Source of the DNA: Candidatus Eiseniibacteriota bacterium
GTDB lineage: Bacteria; Eisenbacteria; RBG-16-71-46; CAIMUX01; VGJL01
DNA: 64,000 nucleotides
Direction of reading: 5' to 3'
Assembly (NCBI GenBank): GCA_963792585.1
Contig: CAWBWI010000001.1
Span: 992,001-1,056,000 of the forward strand
Position 1 is the stretch's first letter, and every line of letters begins with the position of its first letter. Of this stretch, positions 11,268-21,087 are shown piece after piece. Below the pieces are notes generated by a model. That model did no database searches. It was not told the origin of the DNA and saw nothing but the letters and a program-made list of their open reading frames with translations. The position numbers were made by a program, and so were the translations under genes.

Positions 11268-11936
11268 CTAGCGGAACGGCGCGTCGATCGGGATCGCGCC
11301 GGCCCGGAGCACGACCGGTCCGTCCCCCGTCATGTCCACGATCGTGGAAGCCTCCCCCACATGATCCCCGCCGTCGACGAGCGCGTCGACGTCCCGGCCG
11401 AACAATCTCTCCAGCACGGCAAACCGCGAGGGCGTTGGTTCGCCGGTCCGGTTCGCAGAGGTCGAGACCAGGGGGACCCCGATCGCTCCCAGGAGCGCTT
11501 GGAGGAAGGCCGACACGGGCCACCGAAAGGCAAGGGTGTCCCCGGGGCCGCAGAAATCGGTCGGTACGTGAGCGCGGGCTCTCAGCACGGCCGTCAGCGG
11601 TCCGGGCCAGTGCCGCATCAGGAGTTCGTGGCAGGCGCCCCTGGGGGGCTCCGCGTAGCGAAATGCCATCTCCAATCCCGACACGAGAGAGACCATCGAG
11701 GCGGGGCGCCCGGGGCCTTTGAGCGCGCGGATTCGGGTGCGGGCTGCGGGCCGGTCGAAGCGCGCGGAGAGTCCGTAGATCGTGTCGGTCGGCAGAATGA
11801 CGACTCCCTCCTGCCGCAGAATCGGAACGAGCGAACGAACCGTCCGGATCGAGGAGCCATGGCGGGTCAACCGAAAGATCGGTGCGGGTTCTCCGCCGGT
11901 CGGGCCGGAACCCGGTCCCTTCGCCCCCGTTTCCAT
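11268..11936 (-). CDS. tsaC: L-threonylcarbamoyladenylate synthase (TsaC/YrdC type)
   Basis: 'PTDTIYGL', 'WPGPLT', 'STSAN', 'STIVD'; no Sua5 C-terminal domain. Confidence 0.9.
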   Translation of the reverse strand: METGAKGPGSGPTGGEPAPIFRLTRHGSSIRTVRSLVPILRQEGVVILPTDTIYGLSARFDRPAARTRIRALKGPGRPASMVSLVSGLEMAFRYAEPPRGACHELLMRHWPGPLTAVLRARAHVPTDFCGPGDTLAFRWPVSAFLQALLGAIGVPLVSTSANRTGEPTPSRFAVLERLFGRDVDALVDGGDHVGEASTIVDMTGDGPVVLRAGAIPIDAPFR

Positions 11937-12028
11937 CGGAACCTCCCTCGCGCGGCATCATTGCCCCGACCGCCGGTCGCCCCGTACACTCTCGCCCAGT
12001 CGTCCAACTCGACCCAGGAGGTTCTTCG

Positions 12029-13159
12029 ATGACCGAGCAGAGCGGCTACCTGAAGGGCCCGCGCATCGCTCCTGAACCGATTCGTCCGGGGATGGCCGTC
12101 TCCGATCTGATCCGACGGACCTTCCTCGCGTACAATGCGGGACGCTTACGCGACGCCGCCCGCTTGCTCGTCGAGAAGATGCTCCGGGACGACGGAACGG
12201 TTGGTCTGACGCTCTCCGGAGCCCTTACCCCCGCGGGCCTCGGCATCTCCTGCCTCGCCCCGCTGCTGCGCGGCGGGTACGTCGACTGGATCGTCACCAC
12301 CGGCGCGAACCTCTACCACGATACCCATTTCGGCCTCGGCTTGTCACTCCACCAGGGCTCGCCGTTCCTGAACGACGTATCGCTCCGAGAAGAGGGGGTC
12401 GTCCGCATCTACGACATCCTATTCGACTACGATGTCCTCCTGTCGACCGATCGATTCTATCGGGAAATGATCGCAGCCCCGTCGTTCCAGCACTCGATGT
12501 CCTCCGCGGAATTCCATAGCCTTGCGGGGAAGTTCATCGCCGAGCGGGAGAAGATCCTCGGTGTCGGCGAGAGCTGTCTCATGGCTGTCGCCTACGAGTG
12601 CGGTGTGCCCCTCTATACCAGTTCGCCCGGCGATTCATCGATCGGAATGAACATCGCCGCCCTGGCCCTGGCAGGCAATCGGCTCTCCATCGACCCGAAC
12701 CAGGACGTGAACGAGACCGCGGCCATCGTGTTCGACGCCAAGCGCGCCGGATCGAGCGGGGTCTGGATCCTCGGAGGAGGGTCCCCGAAGAATTTCATCC
12801 TGCAGACGGAGCCTCACATCCAGGAAGTTCTCGCGATCGCCGACAAGGGTCACGACTACTTCCTGCAAATCACCGACGCACGACCCGACACCGGCGGACT
12901 TTCGGGTGCCACCCCGGCGGAAGCGGTGTCGTGGGGTAAGATCGACCCGAACCGGCTCCCCGACGCGGTCGTTTGCTATTGCGATTCCACGATCGCCCTG
13001 CCGCTCCTGACCGCCTACATCCTGGAAAACGTCCCGCCGAGGCCCTGCAAGCGGCTCTTCGACCGCCGCGAGGAGCTCGTCGAGTCGTTGCGGGATGCCC
13101 ACCTGCAGAACCGGGTCTCGCAGATGCTCCCCCCGGGGCTCAAACTACCGGGCAAATAG
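12029..13159 (+). CDS. Deoxyhypusine synthase family protein (bacterial homospermidine/polyamine type)
   Basis: 'SGALTPAG', 'TGANLYHD', 'GGGSPKNF', '[16 protein letters not shown]'; AGGAGG SD before ATG 12029. Confidence 0.88.
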   Translation: MTEQSGYLKGPRIAPEPIRPGMAVSDLIRRTFLAYNAGRLRDAARLLVEKMLRDDGTVGLTLSGALTPAGLGISCLAPLLRGGYVDWIVTTGANLYHDTHFGLGLSLHQGSPFLNDVSLREEGVVRIYDILFDYDVLLSTDRFYREMIAAPSFQHSMSSAEFHSLAGKFIAEREKILGVGESCLMAVAYECGVPLYTSSPGDSSIGMNIAALALAGNRLSIDPNQDVNETAAIVFDAKRAGSSGVWILGGGSPKNFILQTEPHIQEVLAIADKGHDYFLQITDARPDTGGLSGATPAEAVSWGKIDPNRLPDAVVCYCDSTIALPLLTAYILENVPPRPCKRLFDRREELVESLRDAHLQNRVSQMLPPGLKLPGK

Positions 13160-13269
13160 ATCGAATAAACGCGGAGCTGCATCACTTTCTAGGAACTACG
13201 CCATCGAAACGCTATAATTGGGGTTTAGGCATTCGAATGGATGGCTTCCCCTCACCTAATGGAGGATCC

Positions 13270-15837
13270 ATGACCTCTCGCTCGACATCGAATCGGGGGC
13301 GTTTGCCCCTTCTCGGCTTGTTGGTCTCCGCGGCGGGCCTGTGCGCCGTCGCATGGACCGCACCCGCGCGCGCGGCCGACCGACCTCTGAGTTTCTTCGA
13401 AGAAAAAGCCCTGTGGGAAGAGCACTTCCGCCAGTCCCCCGACATCCACGCAAAGGGAAGCGGATGGAAGCCCTACAGCCGCTGGGTGTGGTTCTACGGC
13501 CAACGTGTCGACGAGGACGGCTTCATTCCCGTCGGCGCTCGCTGGAACGCCTATCTCGACCAGCAGAATCTCGCTCGCCAGAATCAAGACAAACTGCGCA
13601 CCGATCCGATCTGGACGAACCTCGGTCCGATCAACATCGCGGGCAGGTGCCAGCCGATCGCATTCGATCCCTCGAATCCAAACCGGATGTTCGTCGGTTC
13701 GGCGAGCGGCGGCCTCTTCGAGTCGCTCGATGCGGGCGCCAGCTGGACGCCGGTAGACGACAACCTCCCGACGCTGGCGATCGGCGCGATCGCCTGGGAT
13801 CCCAACGACGCGAACATCGTCTACCTGGGCACCGGCGAGGGAAACAACAACGCGGATGCCGTCTTCGGCGTTGGGGTCCTGCAGTCGACCGACGGCGGTC
13901 TGACCTGGGCTCCCTTCGGAACCGGCATGGACTGGCAGATCGGTGACGGCAAGGCGGTCAACAAGCTGGTCATCAACCCCACGAACGACACGATCATCGC
14001 GGCCACGACCGCCGGGATCATGCGTTACACGGGCGGCGTCTGGACCCAGACCATGGCGGGCGTCTTCACGGGTCTCGTCCACCACCCGACCGACCCGAAC
14101 ACATGGTATAGCGCCTTGGGAAGGAGCCAGCAGTCCGCGTCCAACGGCGTCTACCAGTCGCTCGACGACGGCCTCACCTGGACGAAGCAGACGAACGGGC
14201 TCCCGACCCCTCACGGGCGCCTGGACATCGCAATGTGCACCAGCCAGCCGCTCGTCCTCTACGCCGGCATCTCGAACGGCAACGGGACAATGCTCGGCAT
14301 CTACAAGACCGTCGACGGCGGCGCCGTCTGGTCGCTCGCCTACAACGCCTCGAACCACTACGCCTCGCAGGGCTGGTACGACCTGATCATCGGGGTCGAT
14401 CCGACCAACCCGAACAAGGTCTACTCCGGCGGGCTCGACCTCTGGACCTCCACGAACGGCGGGACGAACTTCACGCAGCGCACCCACTGGAACGCCAACC
14501 CCGGCAACCCGCAGTACGTTCATGCCGATCAACACGGATTCGCATTCCATCCCAACAACCCCGCCCACGTCTACGCGGCATGCGACGGCGGCCTGTTCGA
14601 GTCGCTCGATTCGGGGGTGAACTGGCAGGAGATCTCGACCGGCCTGACGACGATGCAGTTCTATGACATCGACGTCGCGCAAACCAACCTCACGACCGCC
14701 GCGGGCGGCACGCAGGACAACGGGTCGAACGTCTACTCCGGCACGACGAACTGGGAACGCGCGCTGGGCGGCGACGGCTTCCACTGCAACATCGATTACG
14801 CGAAGCCCGACACGATGTACATGGAGGTTTACTACGGCGACCACTACCGGACCTACAACGGCGGCGCGACGTTCACGCGGATCAACAACGGCTTCGCCGG
14901 CGAGGACGGCGACTGGGATACGCCGGTTCACATCGATTACGACGACACATCGATCCTGTACACGTCGCACCGCAAGATCTACAAGACGACGAATCGCGGT
15001 ACGCAGTGGGTCAGCAAGACCGCGATCATCTCCGGATCGGGCAGGGCGATCGCCCAGAGTATGAGCAACGTGAATCAGCTCTATTGCGGCTACAACTCCG
15101 CGCGAAACATCCACCGCTCCACCGACCGTGGCGAGACCTGGACCCAGGTCACCGCCACCGGTCTTCCGAACCGCGCGCTGACCCGGCTGCGCGTCCACCC
15201 GACGATCCCGACCACGGTCTACGCGACCTACTCGGGGTTCAGCACGCCCAACGTCTGGAAGAGCACCGACGCCGGAGACACCTGGACCTCGATCGGCGGG
15301 AACCTTCCGGCCCTGCCGGTCAACGCGATCGAAGTCGATCCCCAGGATCCGAACGTGATCTACGTCGGCACCGACCTCGGTGTCTGGCGCACGGAGGACG
15401 CCGGGGTCTCCTGGCTTCCCTACGGCCAGGGCCTGCCAAACGTCGTCGTGGCGGACCTGCGGATTCAGAGGGCGGAGCGAATCCTCGCCGCCGGCACCTA
15501 CGGCCGGGGCCTTTGGGAGATCCCGCTCACGGCGGCGGGCGCAAGCGCGGTCCAGGAATCGGATGCGGCCGGCATGCGCGTCGAGATCCTGAACGTCTTC
15601 CCCAACCCGCTCGTCACCGAGAACGCCGCAGTCCGATTCACCCTTCCTCAGGAAGGCCGCGTTCGCGTCCAGCTCTTCGATGCAAGCGGTCGACTGATCG
15701 AGTCGCCTTTCGATCGCGATCTGCCGGCGGGGACGCATCGCGTGGAGTGGCCCACCCGGGCGCCGAACGGAATCTACTTCGTCCGGATTCGTCAGGGAAT
15801 GACCGTCAGCGCCTCGAAGCTGACCATCCAGCGATAA
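13270..15837 (+). CDS. Secreted BNR/VPS10-like double beta-propeller protein with C-terminal secretion-tail (FlgD-Ig/T9SS-like) domain
   Basis: Signal peptide, many Asp-box repeats (SxDxGxxW), 'HADQH', 'GTQDNG', 'GDGF', 'TYGRGLW'; C-terminal 'VFPNP...LFDASGR...GIYFVRI...KL'. Confidence 0.8.
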   Translation: MTSRSTSNRGRLPLLGLLVSAAGLCAVAWTAPARAADRPLSFFEEKALWEEHFRQSPDIHAKGSGWKPYSRWVWFYGQRVDEDGFIPVGARWNAYLDQQNLARQNQDKLRTDPIWTNLGPINIAGRCQPIAFDPSNPNRMFVGSASGGLFESLDAGASWTPVDDNLPTLAIGAIAWDPNDANIVYLGTGEGNNNADAVFGVGVLQSTDGGLTWAPFGTGMDWQIGDGKAVNKLVINPTNDTIIAATTAGIMRYTGGVWTQTMAGVFTGLVHHPTDPNTWYSALGRSQQSASNGVYQSLDDGLTWTKQTNGLPTPHGRLDIAMCTSQPLVLYAGISNGNGTMLGIYKTVDGGAVWSLAYNASNHYASQGWYDLIIGVDPTNPNKVYSGGLDLWTSTNGGTNFTQRTHWNANPGNPQYVHADQHGFAFHPNNPAHVYAACDGGLFESLDSGVNWQEISTGLTTMQFYDIDVAQTNLTTAAGGTQDNGSNVYSGTTNWERALGGDGFHCNIDYAKPDTMYMEVYYGDHYRTYNGGATFTRINNGFAGEDGDWDTPVHIDYDDTSILYTSHRKIYKTTNRGTQWVSKTAIISGSGRAIAQSMSNVNQLYCGYNSARNIHRSTDRGETWTQVTATGLPNRALTRLRVHPTIPTTVYATYSGFSTPNVWKSTDAGDTWTSIGGNLPALPVNAIEVDPQDPNVIYVGTDLGVWRTEDAGVSWLPYGQGLPNVVVADLRIQRAERILAAGTYGRGLWEIPLTAAGASAVQESDAAGMRVEILNVFPNPLVTENAAVRFTLPQEGRVRVQLFDASGRLIESPFDRDLPAGTHRVEWPTRAPNGIYFVRIRQGMTVSASKLTIQR

Positions 15838-15865
15838 TCGATCCGTCGCCGGCCTTGCGCCGGCG

Positions 15866-15904
15866 GGAGGCCCCGCTCATCCTCGTAAGGTGAGTGGGGC
15901 TTCT
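15866..15904 (+). terminator. Stem-loop after the beta-propeller gene
   Basis: GGAGGCCCCGCTCATC / GGTGAGTGGGGCTTCT stem with G-U pairs; weak U tail. Confidence 0.4.
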
Positions 15905-15915
15905 TCCTGGGAAGG

Positions 15916-17550
15916 ATGGATCCGATGAGCATTCTCGAGGCGGTCACCAGTGTCTTCACCACCGCAGCGGCGGCCCCGGAGGCCTTCCAACTGCGCGAGC
16001 CGGTCGCGCAGCGCGTCTACTTGATCGGCGGCGAGTTGCGGACTTGGGATGGCACCGTTGAGGAAGTCCTCTCACCGATTTGCGACGAGACCTCGGCCGG
16101 GCCTATCCCCCGGCGGATCGGGAGCTACCCCATGCTGACCGAACGGGAAGCTCTCTCGGCGCTCGACGCGGCGGAAGCTGCATACGATAGCGGCCGCGGG
16201 GCGTGGGCCACGCTCTCGGTCGCCGGACGCATCCGGTGCGTCGAGGACTTCACGTTGCGGATGGTCGCGCAACGCGTCGAGGTCGTGCGGCTGCTCATGT
16301 GGGAAATCGCGAAAACCCGCCTCGATGCGGAGAAGGAGTTCGATCGCACGGTCGCCTACATCCGCGACACGATCGACGCGCTGAAGGAACTCGACCGCGT
16401 CTCCTCCCGCTTCTCCATCCAGGAGGGGATCATCGCCCAGATCCGCCGGGCGCCGCTCGGCGTGGTTCTCTGCATGGGACCCTTCAACTACCCCCTGAAC
16501 GAGACGTTCACGACCTTGATTCCCGCGCTCATCATGGGAAATACCGTCATCGTGAAACCGCCGAAGCTCGGGGTGCTTTTGTACGGCCCACTGCTCGAGG
16601 CATTTCGCGACGCCTTCCCCGCGGGCGTGGTGAACTTCATCTACGGCCCCGGCGCCACCGTGATTCCCCCGCTCATGAGTTCCGGGCGCGTCAACGTCCT
16701 GGCATTCATCGGAACGAGCCGCGTGGCGGACAGCTTGAAGGCACAGCATCCTCAACCTCACCGGCTCCGTTGTGTTCTCGGGCTGGACGCGAAGAATCCC
16801 GCGATTCTCCTGCCCGACGCGGATCTCGACCTCGCCGTCGGCGAGTGCGTCCTCGGCGCGTTGTCCTTCAACGGGCAGCGTTGCACGGCGCTCAAGATCT
16901 TCTTCGTGCACCGCTCCATCGCGGAGGCCTTCGTCCAGCGGCTCTCCGCGGGCGTTTCGCGCCTGGCGCCGGGGCTGCCGTGGGTGGAGGGAGCAGGGAT
17001 CACACCCCTTCCCGAGCGGGGCAAGCCGGCCCGCCTTGCGGAGATGATCGCCGAGGCGGTCTCGCTCGGCGCCCGCGTGACGAACGAGGGGGGTGGGCTC
17101 GTCCACGGAACTTTCGTCCATCCGGCCGTCGTCTATCCGGTCGATTCCAGAATGCGCCTCTGGCGCGAGGAGCAGTTCGGTCCGGTGATTCCGATCGTCC
17201 CCTTCGACGACGTCGAGGACCCGATTCGCTATGTCGTCGAATCGAACTTCGGCCAGCAGCTCAGCATCTTCGGTCGGGACGCGGCGACGATCGCGCGCCT
17301 CGTCGACCCGCTGGTCAACCAGGTCTGTCGCGTGAACCTGAACAGCCAGTGCCAGCGGGGGCCCGATGCATTCCCCTTCACCGGGAGAAAGGACTCCGCC
17401 GAGGGAACCCTCTCGGTCTCGGACACCCTGCGCGTCTTCTCGATCCGGACGCTCGTCGCCGCGAAGGGAACGGAGGCGAACAAGGAGATTCTCTCGACGA
17501 TCGTGAAGGAGCGCCGATCGAGCTTCCTCTCGACCGACTTCATTCTCTAG
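15916..17550 (+). CDS. gapN: Non-phosphorylating NADP-dependent glyceraldehyde-3-phosphate dehydrogenase (ALDH family)
   Basis: 'GPFNYPLNE', 'FIGTS', 'LDAKNPA', catalytic 'NGQRCTA', 'EEQFGP', 'QRGPDAFPFTGRKDS'. Confidence 0.85.
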   Translation: MDPMSILEAVTSVFTTAAAAPEAFQLREPVAQRVYLIGGELRTWDGTVEEVLSPICDETSAGPIPRRIGSYPMLTEREALSALDAAEAAYDSGRGAWATLSVAGRIRCVEDFTLRMVAQRVEVVRLLMWEIAKTRLDAEKEFDRTVAYIRDTIDALKELDRVSSRFSIQEGIIAQIRRAPLGVVLCMGPFNYPLNETFTTLIPALIMGNTVIVKPPKLGVLLYGPLLEAFRDAFPAGVVNFIYGPGATVIPPLMSSGRVNVLAFIGTSRVADSLKAQHPQPHRLRCVLGLDAKNPAILLPDADLDLAVGECVLGALSFNGQRCTALKIFFVHRSIAEAFVQRLSAGVSRLAPGLPWVEGAGITPLPERGKPARLAEMIAEAVSLGARVTNEGGGLVHGTFVHPAVVYPVDSRMRLWREEQFGPVIPIVPFDDVEDPIRYVVESNFGQQLSIFGRDAATIARLVDPLVNQVCRVNLNSQCQRGPDAFPFTGRKDSAEGTLSVSDTLRVFSIRTLVAAKGTEANKEILSTIVKERRSSFLSTDFIL

Positions 17551-17633
17551 CCGACAGAATCGGGCCGGTCTGCCAGCGGGGCCGGTTCCGCGAAAGCTCC
17601 GGAAGGTCCTTTCGCTCCCCCGCGACTCCCTAG

Positions 17634-19348
17634 CCCGGATTTCTCACCAAGGGGAATAGCAACGGGCGGACAGATTGGTTAAAAGGGTGTTGTCTACGCA
17701 CCTACAACGAATCATGAGGTCCGCCCGATGCAGACACACTGTAACTCCGCTCAACTCGCGTTCCAACCCCTTGGTCGTCGAATCGTAGAGGCCGCTTTCG
17801 ACGCGGGTCATGTGACTAGCGACGCGGGCGGCCTCCTGCTTCGAGAGATCGCTTCCACCACGCGGATGATGGAGCGGATCGCCTCCTGCTTCACCGACGC
17901 CCGTGATCCTGCCCGGGCTGAGCATTCCCTCGACGGTCTGATTGCCCAGAGGATTTATGGCCTGGCCCTCGGCTACGAGGACCTCAACGACCACGATCAG
18001 CTCCGTCGGGATCCCCTGCTTGCCGTTCTGGTGGGCAAGACCGACCCGGATGGCCAGGATCGGGTCCGAGAGCGGGACCGGGGCTGCGCCCTGGCCGGCA
18101 AGAGCACTCTGAATCGGTTGGAGCACACTCCTCCCACCGAGCGGGATCGTTATCACCGGATCGCCTACGACTCTGGAAAGCTCGACCGATTGCTGGTGGA
18201 TCTGTTCCTGGAGTCCTACGATCACGCCCCTCGACAGATCATTCTGGATCTGGACGCTACGGATGACCCGGTGCACGGATCCCAGGAGGAGCGGTTCTTC
18301 CACGGCTACTACGGGCACTACTGCTTTCTGCCGCTCTACGCTTTCTGCGGGGAGCACCTGCTCCTGGCCCGATTGCGGCCGTCGAACATCGATGCCTCTG
18401 CGGGGACTGTCAAGGAGTTGGCGCCCATCATTCATCAGATCTGGCAGCGGTGGCCGAGAACCCAGATCGTCTTGCGTGCGGATTCAGGCTTTGCACGGGA
18501 AGAGATCATGGTTTGGTGTGAGGAACAGGGCGTCGACTACGTCTTTGGGTTGGCGAAGAACTCTCGGTTGATCCGCAAGATTGCCCGGGAGTTGAAACGG
18601 GCCCTGAAACGCTATGGCCGGACAGGAAAGCCTGCCCGATTCTTCCGGGACTTCCTTTACCGGACCCGAGAGAGCTGGAGTCGATCTCGACGGGTGGTAG
18701 GGAAAGCGGAGCATCTGGAGAAGGGGAGCAATCCGAGATTCGTGGTGACCTCTCTTGAATCGGCACCAGCCCGGGATCTCTACGAAGCCATCTACTGCGC
18801 CCGCGGCGAGATGGAGAACCGGATCAAAGAACAACAGCTGGATCTGTTTGCCGACCGGACGAGCGCGACCAGCATGCGGTCGAATCAGTTGCGACTCTAT
18901 TTCTCGAGCTTTGCCTACGTCCTGCTGCAGTACCTGCGGCGCGTCGGACTGCGGGGAACGGAACTGGCGCGAGCTCAGTGCGGGACGATCCGTCTGAAAC
19001 TCCTGAAGATCGGCGCCCTCATCGCGGTGAGTGTCCGCCGGATCCGTTTCCGGATGGCCAGCGGCTATCCACATGCCGACCTGTTCCGCCAAGTGATGGA
19101 AAACCTACGACACGATCCGAGTCCAGGCTAATCCCCGAAGGTCCCCGAACACCAAAGATCCGCGTCGATTACGGAGACAAGGGAGGAGTCTGCCTCGGGC
19201 GGACTGGCGCACCTCCCAGGACGCCAGATTCCGGTCTCATGATCGGGAATCGAACGGCGGATGCGCGACGAGGGGCGCGAGAGAGGATCCATCGTCCTCC
19301 GGCACGCCCCTCGATCAGCTTCTTCCTACACCTGGTGAGAAATGCGGG
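17634..19348 (+). mobile_element. IS1380-family insertion sequence, 1715 bp, apparently intact
   Basis: IRL CCCGGATTTCTCACCA (17634-17649) matches the reverse complement of IRR, CCCGCATTTCTCACCA (19333-19348), at 15/16; flanked by the direct repeat CTAG (17630-17633, 19349-19352). Confidence 0.93.
17728..19131 (+). CDS. IS1380-family DDE transposase
   Basis: 'TSDAGGLLL', 'GYEDLNDHD', 'LDLDATDD', 'HGYYGHYCFLPL', 'RADSGF', 'YCARGEMENRIKE'. Confidence 0.95.
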   Translation: MQTHCNSAQLAFQPLGRRIVEAAFDAGHVTSDAGGLLLREIASTTRMMERIASCFTDARDPARAEHSLDGLIAQRIYGLALGYEDLNDHDQLRRDPLLAVLVGKTDPDGQDRVRERDRGCALAGKSTLNRLEHTPPTERDRYHRIAYDSGKLDRLLVDLFLESYDHAPRQIILDLDATDDPVHGSQEERFFHGYYGHYCFLPLYAFCGEHLLLARLRPSNIDASAGTVKELAPIIHQIWQRWPRTQIVLRADSGFAREEIMVWCEEQGVDYVFGLAKNSRLIRKIARELKRALKRYGRTGKPARFFRDFLYRTRESWSRSRRVVGKAEHLEKGSNPRFVVTSLESAPARDLYEAIYCARGEMENRIKEQQLDLFADRTSATSMRSNQLRLYFSSFAYVLLQYLRRVGLRGTELARAQCGTIRLKLLKIGALIAVSVRRIRFRMASGYPHADLFRQVMENLRHDPSPG

Positions 19349-19819
19349 CTAGAGCGACTCGCCGCGGGCGAGCGCCTCTTTCAGGGCGTCCAGTTGCTTT
19401 GCCAGTCCCGCATCCGACAGGGCAAGGATCTGCACGGCCAGGAGCGCCGCGTTGCGGGCCCCGGCCTTGCCGATCGCGAGGGTGCCGACCGGCACCCCGG
19501 AGGGCATCTGCACGGTCGCGAGAAGCGCATCGAGACCGTTCAAAGCGCTGCCGGGTAAGGGCACGCCGAGCACCGGCAGCGTCGTGCTCGCGGCCACGGC
19601 GCCCGCGAGATGCGCCGCCATGCCGGCCCCGCAGATCAGGACGGCGATACCCCGCTCGCGAGCCGTTGTCGAATAGACGCGCACCTCCTCGGGGGCCCGA
19701 TGCGCCGAGAGAGCGCGCAATTCATGGGCCACACCGAAGCGGTCGAGCACCCTTCCCGCCTCACTCATCACCTCGCGGTCCGATTCGCTCCCGAATAGAA
19801 TGCCGACCTTCGCGCTCAT
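19349..19819 (-). CDS. purE: N5-carboxyaminoimidazole ribonucleotide mutase
   Basis: 'GSESD', 'SAHR', 'AGMAAHLAG', 'VLGVP', 'QMPSGVPV'; the stop TAG lies within the IS target duplication. Confidence 0.95.
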   Translation of the reverse strand: MSAKVGILFGSESDREVMSEAGRVLDRFGVAHELRALSAHRAPEEVRVYSTTARERGIAVLICGAGMAAHLAGAVAASTTLPVLGVPLPGSALNGLDALLATVQMPSGVPVGTLAIGKAGARNAALLAVQILALSDAGLAKQLDALKEALARGESL

Positions 19820-21087
19820 GCCATTCCCCTCCGGCCGATGTCCGACCGATTGACCATCCCCGAAAACGAAATCCTCGAAACGCCGTCGTAGGCGCGATCC
19901 AGCGCCCCCTTCAGATCCGCCCCGATCCCCGTCACACAGAGAACTCGTCCGCCGTCGGTCACGACCCCACCTTCCCCCGCTCTCGTTCCCGCGTGGAAGA
20001 CAAGGACGTCGGCAAGTTTGCGCGCAACCTCGAGCCCGCGGATCGGGAGCCCCTTCTCGTACGCGTTGGGATACCCTCCCGAAGCGAGCACGACCGTCGC
20101 GACCGCGCCCGCGCGCACGGCGAGCTTCGGCAGGGGACCGCGTGTTCCCGAGGCGGCGGCGTCGAGCGCCTCGAGGAGATCCCCTTCCACCAGGGGCAAC
20201 ACGACCTGAGTCTCCGGATCGCCGAAGCGGCAATTGTACTCGAGGACGTAGGGGCGCCCACTCCGCAGGATCAGGCCGACATAGAGCAGACCGTGGTACG
20301 CGCGATCCTCGGCTTGCAGGCCGATCAACGTCGGTTCGATCACCTCGCGCCGCACCTGCGCCTCGAGCGTCGCGGTCCAGCGCGGATAGGGAGCGTAGGC
20401 CCCCATTCCCCCCGTGTTGGGCCCTTCGTCGCCGTCGAGCAGGCGCTTGTGATCCTGCGATGGCGGGAGGAGGAAGTAGTCCGTCCCCCTGCAGAGGGCG
20501 AAGACCGAGACCTCCTCACCCTGGATGAACTCCTCGATCAGGATCCTTCGTCCCGCATCCCCGAAGCGTCCGTCGACCAGCATCGAGCGGGCCGCCTCGA
20601 TCGCCTCGCCGGGGCTGGAGGCGATCACGACCCCCTTGCCCGCCGCCAGCCCATCGGCCTTGACGACCCGCGGATAGTCCGCTCCCTCGAGCGCCGCCTC
20701 GACCTCCGCCACCGATCCGCAGACGGCGTAGGCCGCGGTCGGGATCGCGTGGCGACGCATGAAGTCCTTCGAGAAGATCTTGCTCCCCTCGAGGCGGGCG
20801 GCGCGCGCCTGCGGACCGAAGACGCGCAGCCCCGCTTCCCGGAAGCGATCGACGATCCCCGCCACGAGCGGCGCTTCCGGACCGACGATCGTCAGATCGA
20901 TCCCCTCCTCCAGAGCGAACGCCCGGAGGCCCTCGACGTCTCCCGCCTCGATCGGAACGAGCCGACCGATTTCCGCCAGTCCCGCGTTTCCCGGCGCCGC
21001 GTAGACCTCCGGTGAGCGGGGCGAGCGGGCGATCGCCCAAGCGAGAGCATGTTCACGTCCCCCCGACCCGATCACGAGCACCTTCAT
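19816..21087 (-). CDS. purD: Phosphoribosylamine-glycine ligase
   Basis: 'MKVLVIGSGGREHAL', 'KADGLAAGKGV', 'QDHKR...GPNTGGMGAY', 'EYNCRFGDPE'. Confidence 0.97.
   Translation of the reverse strand: MKVLVIGSGGREHALAWAIARSPRSPEVYAAPGNAGLAEIGRLVPIEAGDVEGLRAFALEEGIDLTIVGPEAPLVAGIVDRFREAGLRVFGPQARAARLEGSKIFSKDFMRRHAIPTAAYAVCGSVAEVEAALEGADYPRVVKADGLAAGKGVVIASSPGEAIEAARSMLVDGRFGDAGRRILIEEFIQGEEVSVFALCRGTDYFLLPPSQDHKRLLDGDEGPNTGGMGAYAPYPRWTATLEAQVRREVIEPTLIGLQAEDRAYHGLLYVGLILRSGRPYVLEYNCRFGDPETQVVLPLVEGDLLEALDAAASGTRGPLPKLAVRAGAVATVVLASGGYPNAYEKGLPIRGLEVARKLADVLVFHAGTRAGEGGVVTDGGRVLCVTGIGADLKGALDRAYDGVSRISFSGMVNRSDIGRRGMA

Noticed and set aside
13213..13218. TATAAT upstream of the beta-propeller gene
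   Set aside because: There is no matching -35 or extended -10, so support is too weak to list as a feature.
13700..15420. Periodic repeats in the beta-propeller gene
   Set aside because: These are degenerate protein-level Asp-box repeats, not DNA repeat-spacer units.
17644..19092. Antisense ORFs inside the IS (17644-18435 and 18484-19092)
   Set aside because: They fully overlap the transposase on the opposite strand and have no recognisable domain.
19349..19819. purE as a possible LarB partner of the LarA-like gene
   Set aside because: It has canonical PurE motifs and length, lacks the LarB N-terminal domain, and is coupled to purD.
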